Part shown: positions 1 through 17,710 of the stretch, in pieces
Numbering within the stretch: position 1 is the stretch's first letter
Layout of the letters: every line of letters begins with the position of its first letter
NCBI RefSeq assembly: GCF_009914755.1
Contig: NC_060935.1
Direction: 5' to 3' (one strand)
DNA length: 64,000 bases
Origin: the human T2T-CHM13v2.0 reference genome, Homo sapiens
The notes under the pieces: model-generated
The model's database searches: none
Told to the model about the DNA's origin: nothing
What the model saw: only the letters and a program-made list of their open reading frames with translations
Translations under genes and position numbers: made by a program

Positions 1-817
1 TGGCCAGCTGTGCCGGAATTAGGAAGTGGGTACAGCTGGACAAAAGGTGGCTGGAGCCAGCTCTGCAGAAGCCACACCTGCTCATGAGAAGGGTATCCTT
101 GTGAGTACAGGGGAAATGGCATGGAGAAAGACAAACACCGGTGGGTGGCTCTGCCAGCTTCCCCTGGGGTGCTTCTGGCAACGCCCAGGTCTGTGCACAT
201 CCAGATCTTTGCACTGCGCTGTTTTGACTTGGAGAGGAGAGGAGGAAGTTAGCTGCTCTGAATGGTGTTGCTGCTAATCTCTACAGCACTTTCCTGTAAA
301 TTAGGAACGGTAACACACACACCCCTCCCCCACCCCGCTGGAGAAGCCCTGCACCAGAGCATACAGTTTGGCAAGTAGGAGGAGGGCTGGAGCCCAGCCT
401 CACTTGCTGCCCTGGCCAGGCCGTGATTGCCCAGGGTGCATACTGTGGCTGGTGCTCTGCCACTGCTGTTTCTGTCCTCAGGGTAGGACACAAGGAGGGC
501 AAGTAGGGCCAGTCAGCGAGAGGCGCAGGTGACGCGTGTTCTAGGGTCTGAGATCAGCTGCTTCCATTTCAGTAATTGTCTTTGGAGCTACATTGTCTGC
601 TCATACAACCTCCCTTCCAGATAGTGCCATTTTAAAAATCCCATTTACCCAAAAGAAAACCTGACACCTGGAAAGGTCGTTTGCACTCACACAAGTGATG
701 GTTGGTCCAGAATTCACATCCAAGTGTGAGATTTCAATATTTTTTTTCTTCCTCCTTTTTTTAAATCAAATTTTATTTGAAAGGGTATCACAGTCACCAG
801 TTTGAAAAAGGTAAGCA

Positions 818-1111
818 GGCCAGGTGTGGTGGCTCACACCTTTAATCTTTGCATTTTGGGAGGCAGAGGCAGGCGTGTCAGTTGAGCCCAGGAGTTTGAG
901 ACCAGCCTGTTCAACGTGGTGAGACCCCATCTCTCCAACATTTACAAAACTAGCTGGTCATGGTGGTATGTGCGTGTGGTCGCAGCCACTGGGGAGGCTG
1001 AGGTGGGAGGGTTGCTTCAGCCTGGTGGGTGGCTGCAGTGAGCTGAGATTGGGCCTTTGGTCTTCAGTCTGGGCTACAGAGCAAGACTCTGTCTCAAAAA
1101 AAAAAAAAAAA
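818..1111 (+). mobile_element. Alu (AluJ-like)
   Basis: Dimeric Alu with poly(A) tail; TSD AAAGGTAAGCA. Confidence 0.92.
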
Positions 1112-1680
1112 TTATAAAGGTAAGCAGTACAAATGGGAATATGAGCATAAGTCACTCTCATTCCAGACCTCTGACCCCCAGGACTTTTCTCTTGAGAGGC
1201 CATAGCCTTTGTTTTGCATCCTTCTGAGTAAACCTATTCGTGTACAGACATATCTGGGTATGCATGTAACTGTTTTGTGAAAGTGCATTTGGAGATATGG
1301 ATATCGTTGTTTTCACCCATCCTAAGTTTTGATGCTATGGATACTATGTTTTGGAGATTAGACGATACCAGCACGCATAGGTTTGCAGCCTCTTTTTCAC
1401 AGCTCCATAGTGTTTCCTTGTCTGTGAGCAGATTTCAAGTTGTTTCCATCTTAACCCCTAGAAAAAGTGCTGTTGAAGATCCTGACAGACAAGTCTGTAG
1501 AAACATAGGAAACTTTGTAGAATAAAGTTCTGGCCATGGGCCAAATTCCCTCTGAGAGGTAGCTCTAGTTTTTCTTCCTAGTACATCTATGAGAGCTCAG
1601 GTCCCTCGTGTTTTGCTGTTATGATGAATGAAATATGCTGTCTCCATCACGCTGGAATTTGTAGATGTAGATGACCATAG

Positions 1681-2066
<386 letters not shown>

Positions 2067-2191
2067 TAAATTAGGTTTCTTGTTTTTTTTTTTTTTTTTT
2101 TCTTCTGATTTACGTGAGCACATCATAGGCTCAGTGAATTTACTGATATGTTAGGTATAGGTTGCAAATGTACTTTAGTTTTTCAGTTGTC

Positions 2192-2502
2192 TTTTTTTTT
2201 TTTTTTTTTTTTGAGACGGATTTTTGCTCTTGTTGCCCAGGCTGGAGTGCAGTGCAATGACACGATCTTGGCTCACTGCAGCCTCCACCTCCTTGGGTTC
2301 AGGCAATTCTCCAGCCTCAGCCTCTTGAGCAGCTGGGATCACAGGCGCCTGCCACCATGCCTGGCTAATTTTTGTATTTTTAGTAGAGACGGGGTTTCAC
2401 CATGTTGGCCAGGTTGGTCTCGAACTCGTGACCTCAGGTGATCCACCCGCCTCAGTCTCCCACAGTGCTGGGATTACAGGCGTGAGCCACCGCTCCCCGG
2501 CT
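2192..2502 (-). mobile_element. Alu (AluS-like)
   Basis: Antisense Alu; TSD TCAGTTGTC. Confidence 0.92.
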
Positions 2503-2989
2503 CAGTTGTCTTTTAAGTGTTTCATTTGTCTTCTCTCTACTCCTCCCTCTCTCTCTTGCACTTGCTGTCTGTCTCACTTAAATTTTATGTAGGTGAATAT
2601 ATTCATCTTTCCTTGTTTAGCTTCTCAATTTATATTTCTTCACTATCTCTATTAATATGAAAATATCTCATCTATATAAATATTAATGTAACAGAGTTGC
2701 ATGTGATAATCTGCCAGGTTGAACAAATGGGAATATTATCTCTCATATGACGTTAGATTTTTTTCCTTTAAGAAATAAAATATTGCAAGTAGAGAACCAA
2801 AGACATGCCCCTGTGACCTCTTTTATTCTTCCCCATCTCCCCAGAATATAATTATCACTTAAAGTTGGGTGTCAACCTGTATTTCATTCTTTCATCATAC
2901 ACACAAGCACACACTGTTTATACACATAAATAATGTTGTTTTTGGACGCATACTTTGTTTTTGCAACACCTTTAAACATAAGTTTTTAC

Positions 2990-3295
2990 TTTTATTATTT
3001 TATTTAAGATAGGATCTTGCTCTGTCACCCAGGCTGGAGTATAGTGGCGCGATCATAGCTCGCTGCAACCTCTCATCTCCTGGGCTCAAGTGATCCTCCC
3101 ACCTTAGTTAGCCTCCTGAGGAACTGGGATAATCACAGTCATAAGCCACCAAGCCCAGCTAAGTTGTTTATTTTATTTTTTTATTTTTTAAATAAAGATG
3201 AAATCTTGCTATGTTATCCAGGCTGGTCTCAAACTCTTGGGCTCAAGCAATCCTCCTGCCTTGGCCTCCCAAAGTGCTGGGATTACAGGCATGAC
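2990..3295 (-). mobile_element. Alu (AluJ-like)
   Basis: Antisense diverged Alu. Confidence 0.85.
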
Positions 3296-3315
3296 TTTAA
3301 AAAGTTAACATTATG

Positions 3316-4645
<1,330 letters not shown>

Positions 4646-5364
4646 TGCTTGATCCTATCCTGTCCCTTGCTTTTCCCTTTGCTTCCTTGTTTTTTTTTTT
4701 TCTTTTTGTTTTATGGGAGTGCTGATATATTCAAGTATTTGTTGATTGCATGCATTATGCCTGACTTGCTCAAAGCATGATGTCTTGAGCACTTAGCAAC
4801 CTTGTGCCTGCTGAGTGGTGGAACAGTTCTGAAAAGGTCTGTTCTGGAGTGGGGGTGCTGTTTCGGAGAGCGATGAATCAGGGGCTTGGGTGCTGACTTT
4901 AGGAGGTGCGGCTCTTGGAAAGACAGAGTGTGACTTCCCCAGTGTGGTCTCCTTCCTTTTCCTCACCACTTCTCCTACCTAACCCCAAGAATGAGTCCTT
5001 GAGTCTGTCTCAGTAGGTGGATCTGCATTCAGTGCAGGGCAGAGCCTGGGTGGCAGTGCCTCTCCTTGCCTCCCTGGCTGCTACAAGGTCCTGTGTAACA
5101 TCTGGTGTGGACCCAGCAGCCAGGAGGAGAGCTGAGTGTGATTGGGGTCGTGGTGGGGCCAGTGGCAGTGGATCTCTCTCTTTGTTGGGCTGGGCCAGCG
5201 CTTGAATTGAGAGGGGCTGCCATGTGTCTGGGGAGGGCAGAACCCAGCGTCACTGACACCCTCCAGATACAGAGTTCTTGCTCTGTGTTTGGCCCATACC
5301 TAATGTTGTGAAGTGGAAATACTGGGGTGTGTTTTGAGGCTCAGAACACCTGTGATAACTTGGT

Positions 5365-5367
<3 letters not shown>

Positions 5368-5407
<40 letters not shown>
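5368..5407. repeat. (TG)n microsatellite
   Basis: About 20 TG units. Confidence 0.95.
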
Positions 5408-5415
<8 letters not shown>

Positions 5416-6384
5416 ATATAAAATTATTTTCCTTAACACCACTGACCTGAAGGCAGTTACACGTAATTTACAAATGAGGAATCTGAGGCTTTGAGATTGT
5501 CAAGGTCACCTGACCAGTGACTGCAGAGGCTGGATTGGCCTGTGGGCCTGAGTCCGTACCCCTTTTCACTGGCTCCTCCTGGAGGCCACATGTACCTTGC
5601 GCTTCCTGGGGCTTGGTCCTGGGGTTTCATCTCAGGTTGACCCCCGTTAGGAGGAAGTAAGTAGGAAGGAAGGAGATTTCCTGGGTATTAGGGTGTCCTC
5701 AAGCCTGCAGCTCTCCTGGGACTGCACAGAGTTTACTGTCGGACATCAGTTCTGATATGGTGCAGCAGACATGGAGCTGGTAAGTGGTTAAGATCAGTCG
5801 GACATGACAACCTCCAGTTCTGCAGAAGCCACTTCATTTGCCTGGGGATAAAGCAGGTCCTTGTGAGCTCATCGACATGCATTTGGCAGAAAGTGCGCTG
5901 GCTCTGCCAGCTCCCAGTGTGAGCTTCTAGCAAGCCCCTTGTGCCTTAGATGCCCAGGTCTTTTCAGAATAAGCCTGGCTTGTTTTAACTTGATGCAACT
6001 TGCTGCTCACAGTCATCTTATTGTTTGCTGATGAATTCAGACCTCCATTCATTTAAATATTTGTCAGTTATCTACCATGTGTCAGGCATTAAATTTAGTG
6101 CTGGAGATACTATGGGACATAAGAAGTCCCTGCTTGCTGGGAGTGTGTGGTCTAATTGGTACTTGGGGCAGTGTGGTTTAACTGCCACAAAGTTAATAAA
6201 GCAGCATGATGTGACAGAGCTGGATGTGGGGGAGTGAGGAAGCTTCTCTGGACTGGGTGGTCTGAACCCCATGCAGGGAGGAAACTGTGGCTGGGAGGAG
6301 AGGAGGCCGGAAGAGAGGTCTGGGCTTGGGTCCCAACCACTGATTCCAGATCTCTCAACATTTGTAACACGACCAACTCCTGTT

Positions 6385-6560
6385 CTTTTTTTTTTTTTTT
6401 TTTTGAGACAGGCTAGAGTGCAGGGGGACGATCATAGCTTACTGCGGCCTCGATCTCCTGGACTCAGGGGGTCCTCCTGTCTCAGCCTCCCAAGTATCTA
6501 GGACTACAGGTGTGTGCCACCACACCCGGCTAATTTTATTTTTATTTTTATAGAGACGGG
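6385..6560 (-). mobile_element. Partial Alu (monomer-length)
   Basis: T-tail plus antisense Alu right-arm sequence. Confidence 0.8.
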
Positions 6561-7159
6561 GCAGAGTCTGCAGTCACATGCCTTGCAAGTAGCAGAGACA
6601 GGGTTTAGTCTCGGTAGCCAGTGCCTAGGGCACAGGTCTTGGCCAGAGGAGAGAAGGCTCAGGTGAACCAGTTTCATCTGACCTGCTTGCTAACTCAAAC
6701 ATGGCTGCCCAACTGCGTGGGCTGGCAAGGTATGTGAGGTGGGTAGCTGGGTGGCCCGCCCCTTGCAGGCACTGGGGCAGGATATCAGGGGGTCCAGAAG
6801 AGGTTGGGTTTAGGCAGAGTAGAGGTGATTGTGTGGGCCGGGGGAGCAATGTCACCTTGAATGTGTTTCCATACCCAGGGCCCAGATGGCTCAGGAGGAG
6901 GGGGATGGGGACGGGGAGAGTGAGGTCTTTTTGACTTTGATGTGCTTTGACTGCACATCAGAGTCAAACGAGTCAGAATAAGCGGGACCCCTCCACAGGC
7001 ATCTCAGCCCTCCTAATTTAGCCTTTCTGAAGTGGAGCCTTGGGAGCCGATGAAGCTTAATAAACTCTCCTGGTGCTTCCAGTAGGCACTTGAGGGTGGA
7101 CACCACCGTCTTCAGGTCATAGGAAGTGTGAGCTAGCAGGAATCCTGGAGATTTTCTAG

Positions 7160-7500
7160 CCCAACAGTGTCCGGTCAAAATAGAATGGGAGCCAGAAATA
7201 CAAGCCACATGTAATTTTAAATTACTTTTAAAACATTTAAATTTAGCCACGGTTTTAAAAAGTAAAAATAGGTGAAATTCGTTTTAATATTTTAACCCAA
7301 TATAGCCAAAATCTTGGCATTTCAACATGGGATGAGCATAAAATAATGAAGGTGATATTTTATTCTTTTTTTGGGGTACTAAATCTTTGAAATCCGGTGT
7401 GTATTTTCCACTTAAGGCACATGTCAGTGTGGACTGGCCCCATTGCAAATACTCAGTGGCCTGGGACTGGGGTGACCAAGTGGGATGTGGTGGGGCTGGT
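7160..7500. mobile_element. MER33/MER3-like hAT DNA transposon
   Basis: gccacatgtaattttaaatt and ctaaatctttgaaatccggtgtgtatttt motifs. Confidence 0.65.
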
Positions 7501-7856
7501 GCAGTCCACCATTCTCACAGCAGGCATCTGGGGTCAGGGGAGGCAGGGCACTGGCTGTGCTGGAAGCAGGGGATTGGCTGTGCTGGTGGGAAGCCAGATT
7601 CCAGCCCCAGACACTGGTACCTTTGGCTTTAGATCCTTGGGGTGGGGTGGGTGCATTGCTTCTCCTGGGAGGGAGGAGCGCCCGGGAGCCCCTGACCAGG
7701 ACCTGGGGCAGGTCCACACAGGCCCTGGATTTCTCCTGTATCCTGGGCCTGGCCCTGCTCTCTTGACTCCCACCTCGTCACAGTGGCTTCAGCTTTTTCA
7801 CCCTGAGAAGGGAATTCAAAGCCTCTGCCCCTCTCAGGCAGGCACCAGGATATGAT

Positions 7857-8162
<306 letters not shown>

Positions 8163-8946
8163 TGATTTTCAAGTGGTTGGTGTCTTGTGACTGGCAGCTG
8201 ATAAACGGGTGATACAATGTTTCTGTACAGGAGTCTGCAGTGCCAGGCTGCAGGGGCGGATGGGGGGGGGTGGGTGGGTAGCCTGTGGAGCCCGAGGGTG
8301 GGAACAGAGAGTCTTCTTTTGCTGTAGGTGGAAGCCTGTCTGGCTCCTTTCCCTCTAAGGTCAGACAGCTTGAGAGATGTTTCCATCCTCCCATGCATGA
8401 CCCTGAGGCAGTTAGCTGGTCAGTTACTCACTGTGCTCTCTGCCAACTCTAATGAGCCAGGAAGCCTCCCCGTGCCCAGGCGTGCTGTGATCACAGTGTT
8501 CAATGATGGGGTGAGGCTGCAGCGTCCAGCCAGGGGCTGTGCCACAGGGGCCAGAAGATATCTGACCTACTGTCACTGCCTCTTCCACTCTGTTCCACCT
8601 GCACTGGGGCAATGCCATCTGATGAACAGATCCATTTATTAATTCAACACGTTTGTATTGAGAGCCTGCTGGGTGCCGGGCACTATTGTCGACATGGGTG
8701 ATACAGCAGCAAGCAAAACAAGAGAAACATCTTTGCAAGCAGGGGAGGGGGCCTGCAGTGTTGGGTGTGTGGAGTTGTTGCTGGGAAGTAGAGAAGCTGA
8801 GTAAAGAGCTGGACGGAGAGAGATAGCCAGGCCCATGTCTACAGAAAAGCATTCTAGACTGAGTGAGCATAAATCGCAAAGGCCCAGAGGAGGGAGCATG
8901 CCTAGCTAGCCCCCTAGACCTGGTGAGGCTGGTGTGGGTTGGGCAG

Positions 8947-9304
8947 TGATACGGTTTGGCTGTGTCCCCACCCAAATCTCATATTGAATTGTAGCTCCCA
9001 TAATTCCCATGTGTCATGGGAGAGACCTGGTGGGAGCTAATTGAATCATGGTGGTGTTCTCCCCCAAGTTGTTCTCCTGGTAGTAAGTGTCAGGTGAGCC
9101 GATGGTTTTATGAGGGGTTTCCCTTTTCACGTGGCTGTCCTTCTTTCTTGCCTGCTGCCATGTAAGATATACTTTTTTTCTTCTGCCATGATTGTCAGGC
9201 CTCCCCAGCCACGTGGAACTGTGAGTCCATTAAACTTCTTTTTCTTTATTAATTTCCCAGTCTCGTGCATGTCTTTATCAGCAGCACGAAAACAGACTAA
9301 CGCA
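8947..9304 (+). mobile_element. THE1 (ERVL-MaLR) solo LTR
   Basis: Starts TGATACGGTTTGGCTGTGTCCCCACCCAAATCTC, ends ...GACTAACGCA; 5-bp TSD GGCAG at 8942-8946 and 9305-9309. Confidence 0.92.
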
Positions 9305-10344
9305 GGCAGCCTGTGTTGGGAGGAGTTGGCAAGGAGGGAGGAGGTGCTGGCCAGTAGAGCACATGTGTCTCTGTGCATCAGAGCAAGGACCCGGGCTCTC
9401 CCCGTGAGTGAGAAGAGTCCATGGGGTTTTGGGGCTGAGGAGGAGTTTTACAGATGACCGGTCTGTTCTTGGCACTTGCAATTAGCGGACCGTCTGTATC
9501 CGAGTGTTGATCGGGTGGATTCTAACCCTGTGGGAGAACTCCCCAGCCCGTAGCCTGCGCTCACTGTACCTGGCAGTTGTATTAATGACGTCAAATGCAC
9601 AGTCCAGCTTGAGTCCCCTCTAGAACGTGGGCAGCGGACACTAAGCCGAGAGGAATCGCTGTGGGTTGGCAGACACTGTGGAGACTGACTCCTGGACAGG
9701 CTGTGGAATGTGTGGAAGCAGGTACAGCCCAGGCCCGCGCTGAGGTTCGGCAGGGAAGCCAGAGGAGTCCGCAGCCCGGGAGACCTGGCCTACAGCGGAG
9801 AGAGTCAGTCCATGCCAGTGGTGGGATGTGGCTGCAAAAAATGGTCGGATTCATGGAAGTCTGGTGTCCAGCTGGCAGGCATTAGTGGTCCCATGAATAC
9901 AGCTGTGTGCCTTGAACACGTACTGCAGAGCTTCCAGAGAGCACCAGGGCTGTGGGGGCTAGAGACTGTGTCTCGTGCGGAAGCGTGGCTGAGAAGGGGC
10001 TCGACAGGCTCTTCGTCACTGTGCGGAGCCTTCGAAGGACTTGGATGTGCTTGAGACCCCTTCCCCTAATTGCTGTGTAGGGCAGGGGTGGACATCCCGG
10101 GGATCGTGGAGTCTAGGGAGCCAGTCTGCACGGGATGGTTTTAGAAGCCGTAGGATGTGGAGGTTCTGGCTGAAGGAGCCAGAATTCCAGTGCCAGCTCC
10201 GCTCCTCACGAGCTGTACAACCTGGGCCGGTTACTGACCCCTTTCCCACCTTAGTTCCCTGGCTCTACAATGGAGGTAATTATCGTGTTGAACTCACAGG
10301 GTCGAGATCATATTTAACACTTTCACAGCCCTTAGAAGTGTCTA

Positions 10345-10540
10345 GCACAGTGGTCCTCAGCATTTGGAAATGTCTGGAAACACTTTGTCACACCTGAGAA
10401 GAGGGATTTCCTACTGGTGTCTAGTAGGTAGAGGCCAGAGATGGCTGCTAAACACCCCATAATACACAAGACAGACCCCGCAACAGTGAACTCTCTGGCC
10501 CCTCCAAGTCAGTGGTGCAGAGATTGAGAGATCCTGGTTT
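10345..10540. mobile_element. MER20-like DNA transposon
   Basis: cagtggtcctca...tagaggccagagatggctgctaaaca...gagatcctg. Confidence 0.7.
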
Positions 10541-11040
10541 CGCGTTTTGAGCGTGCAGTACATTTCAGTTGTTAGTGGAACATGCAATACATCTTTATTC
10601 ACATGTTATTACTTATTTGTCAGATGTTTGTAAAACATCTGCTACATTCTTGGCAGTTTAATAGAATCTGGAGATACAAAGAAGTTCCTGACCACAGAGG
10701 TCATTTAGGCAAGCTAGGAAAGCACAGAATGATATAACACAAAGTTACATTGTACCATAAAGCATATTCTATAGTACACTTAACTCTGGTGGGCTCTTGG
10801 TATAAAAATGTCTCCAATCTCAGAGGTCATGGGATAGTGGGCAAGACATGAAAACCTTGTATAATATAAAATTTTGTTACCTCTAAGTGCTGAAATTAAG
10901 GTATAAACAACGTCTCATGGGAACCAAAACATCAGTCATTTGGAAGTATAAGTCAAGCCTTCGTAGGAGAGGAACCATTTCAGCCCGATATTACCAGAGT
11001 GGGATGGTCCCAGCGAGCGGGATGTGGAGGGTTAGGATGT

Positions 11041-13889
<2,849 letters not shown>

Positions 13890-14728
13890 GGCACCTTAAT
13901 AAAGGTGGAAAAGGGATGTGGCAGCTACAGTGGGAGGGAAAAGGTGGCTCCCTTAGTGTGCTTGGGAGGAGGGTAAGAGATGCGTTTGCAGTTCTCATGG
14001 CCGCAGACTGAAGGGGCCTGGTTACCTAAGGGACCTTGGCTTCATGTAAGGAGTGCGGAGTGAGTGAAGCAAGAGGGTGATTTGATCCATATCATTTCTT
14101 AGAAGGATACCATGTTGGCAGTTTCGAAGAAGGGGCATGAGTGAGGAAACAGTTGTGGTGAAGAGACCAGTTAGGAAGCCTGTAACTTGGGGTGGGATCT
14201 GGAACCAGGCTGTGGCTCCGGAAGAGGAGCTGGAGGGCTGCACTGTGAAGTATTTCTCAGAGTCTAGACAATGTGACCTTCACACTGGGGCTGAGTTTTG
14301 TAAAATCCGACATCCCCAGTTTCACCTATGATGCCAGGCCTGTGGTAAGGAGCTTTGCAAGCATTTGCTAGAATATGAGCAAATGGAGGTAGAACTGATA
14401 ATATTTAGTAACCATGGGGGGATGAAAGAGGGAGGTGTTGGGAGACTGGGTTGATAATATGGGGGTTGGGAGTGAGGAGAGAGTCCAGCTTTGAACATCT
14501 TCTTCCATTTGAGGAATTTAAGATCATCCAGCTAGAAAATTAGAAATACTAGGATGGAGTGTGGAAGAGAAATTAGTGCTGAAAATAAAGAGCTCGAATC
14601 ATCAGTGTATGAATAGTAGTTAAACCTCTGAAAATGAGTGAACTTGTCCCCTGAAAATGTGTGGCAGGGGAGAAGCGAGGTTCAAGGACAGTGCCCCCGA
14701 GAATGCCAGCATTTAAAGGGTGGACCCT

Positions 14729-15023
14729 CGGTGGCTCACGCCTGTAATCCCAGCACTTTGGGAGGCTGAGGTGGGCGGATCGCTTGAGGTCAGGAGTTTG
14801 AAACCAGCTTGGCCAACATGGTGAAACCCCGTCTCTACTAAACATACAAAAATTAGCCAGGCATGGTGGTGGGTGCCTGTATCCCAGCTACTAGGGAGGC
14901 ACAAGAATCACTTGAACCTACAAGGCAGAGGTTCCAGTGGGTTCGTGCCACTTCACTCCAGCCTGGGTGACAGAGGGAGACTCCCTCTCAGAAAAAAAAA
15001 AAAGAAGAAGAAGAAAAAAAAAA
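14729..15023 (+). mobile_element. Alu (AluS-like) within L2-like sequence
   Basis: Alu consensus with A/AAG tail. Confidence 0.9.
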
Positions 15024-15593
15024 AGGTGGGCCCCGGCAGCAGAGCCTACTGTCCCGGAGGCAGGAGGAAAACCTGAAGGGAATCTTGACCTTGACCTAGA
15101 AGCCAAGGAGGAGGCATGGCCAACAACATCAAAGGCCTCTGAGCAGCGCAGTGAAGACTGACAATAGACCTTTCTTAGGTTTGGCAATTAGAAGGTCATT
15201 GGCCTCAGCAAGAGCAATTTCAGAATAAAAACAAGAGTGGAGGGAGTGGCATAGGGGTCGGGGGACAGAGTAGGAAGTGAGGGTGTAGTAGAGGGGAAGA
15301 AGTTTGATCACTGAGGGAAGGAGGGAGATGCAGGGGTAGCTTGAGGAGGAGATAGAGCAGAGAGAGGTTTGCTGTTTATTTTAGGAAGAGGAGACTTGAG
15401 CATGTTTATAAGTCAGAGAATAGAGAAGGAGAGGTGGGAGACACAGGGAAAAGAGGAGTCATTGATTGGGAACTATTCTGGGAAGGTGAGGTGGATCTGG
15501 TGTCTAGGTGGAAGGATTTGGGGGAAGTGGGGGGGGGAGGTAGGAGAGTCTAGACGTAGACAGCAGGCAGACAGGGGCTCCAGGTTTTCCCTA

Positions 15594-15922
<329 letters not shown>

Positions 15923-16879
15923 ACTGAGGACAGTAAGAGTAAGTGGTCGCTTGTGATCACAGAACCAGCAAGTAAACCGCGAGCTTCTGCCCCTCTGGTC
16001 TTCCCAGACCCCTTCCCCGGAACATTAAGCCATATCGCTTTTATGGGTCCAGGGGCTCTGAGGGGCTGGGCATCATACTGTGCCCCTGGGGGCATATCTA
16101 GTTCTGCCCCACTTGGTTGGGCGGGTACCTGCTGAGTACTCACTGTGTGTTAGGCTGTGAATGCTGGGGCAGCAGGAGGCATGGTTTCTGCCTCCACTGG
16201 GCCTTATTTCTTCACCTTGTCCCCCAGTTCTGCCCTTGGGTAAGTTCTGTGGCAGAACTGACCAGCTCCCTTCGGCCAGGGACATCTTGGTTCCTGGCAG
16301 AGCACCAAGAAGAGCAGATTGTCTTCCTACCCGGGGGCACCTTTGCCCAGCAGGTTGGGTGAGCTGGCCTCTTGGTGAGAGGCTGGTCCCCTTGGACATG
16401 AGTGGATTCGATGCCTGCTTTCCCACCCAGGTACTCTACTGTGGCTTTGCTCCTGCCCTTTATGCTCAGAGCTAGACCAGCAATGTGGGGGAGCTGCTGG
16501 GGAAAGGCGCCATGTTGTCTTGAGGTAGCAGCCAGCCCCGGAAGCCCTGGAATGCCTGGGGCCACTGAGCAATCCTCACCCTCAGCCCCACAAGGGGAGG
16601 GCGTGGCTCGTGAAATTCCTGATTGGGTATAGCCCAGCAAGCCCCAAGACTCGCCCAGTTTGCTTAGCGCAACACTGACGCTGTTTTGGAATGAAGACAA
16701 GACAATGTAGAACTTTACTGGGGAAGAGGTCGAAGAAGGGCTAATTGTCTTGTTGTTCAAGACTGGTTAGCGCTGCTCACCTCTGATGCTGCTCACCTCT
16801 GACGCCAAAGGTTTTTCCCTGGAAGGCAGCCCTGGAGGATACCTGTGTATCTGTCTTTCACAAAAGGTGAAATGAGCTC

Positions 16880-17710
16880 TTTGTAGTGTTTCCCGCCCAG
16901 GCTGCATTTTAGAATCACAGAGGAGGTACGGCGCTGATTTGTTTTACTATTCCCTATTCATGCCTGGGCCCCACCCCTAACCAATTAAATAAACATCTCG
17001 GAGAGTGGGGCCTAGACTTTATATGTTTAAGCTCCTCAGGTCATTGCATTGTGCAGCCAATGCTGTGACCTATGAATACAAAGGAAGATGAAACGCACCC
17101 TGGTCATGCAAGGAAGATGGAGAGAGGGAGCAGGGAGGGTGAGAGAGGCTGCAGTTCGTAAGGTCCTGAAATGTTAGAGCTGGAGGGATCCTGGTTCGGA
17201 GCACTGCAACTCAAAAGAGTAGTTCTAGCCATGCAGCAGGCCCCATTAGGGAGCTGGTTAGAATGCAAATCCCCGCCTGCCCTGCACCCCATCTGGCACC
17301 CTCTGAGTCACGGCGTGCACATCGAGGTTTGAGAAGTGTGCTTTCAGGTCACCCACAGATCATCCAGACCAGTGGTTCTCAACCTTGGCTGCACTTTAGA
17401 ATCACCCAGCGGGCTTCAGCGAATTCCAGTGCTGGGCTAGATGAATTAACCCAGAATTTCTAGGTGTTGGGACCCAAATACTCATTTAAAAAATTTTTTT
17501 TGTTTAAGTACTTCAGGTGAGTCTCTTCTTCAGCCATAATCAAGAACATCAGGCTTGACCAGTGCTTCTCAAACTCGGACAGATAGATGAATCGCCAGGG
17601 TATCGTGTTTAAATGCAGATTCTGATTTTATAGGTCTGGAAGGGGCCAAAGAATCCACTTGTCTGGGCTCTGGGATGCCCATGGGACTGATCTGGCCTTT
17701 TTTGAGCAGT
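16880..17710. mobile_element. Cluster of MER5-like DNA transposon fragments
   Basis: Repeated cagtggttctcaa / cagtgcttctcaaact termini and ttagaatcac / aaatgcagattc motifs. Confidence 0.65.

Noticed and set aside
2148-2441. Alu-derived ORFs here and at many other Alus (e.g. 12563-13056, 31191-31665, 46179-46743)
   Set aside because: Typical antisense-Alu open frames, not genes
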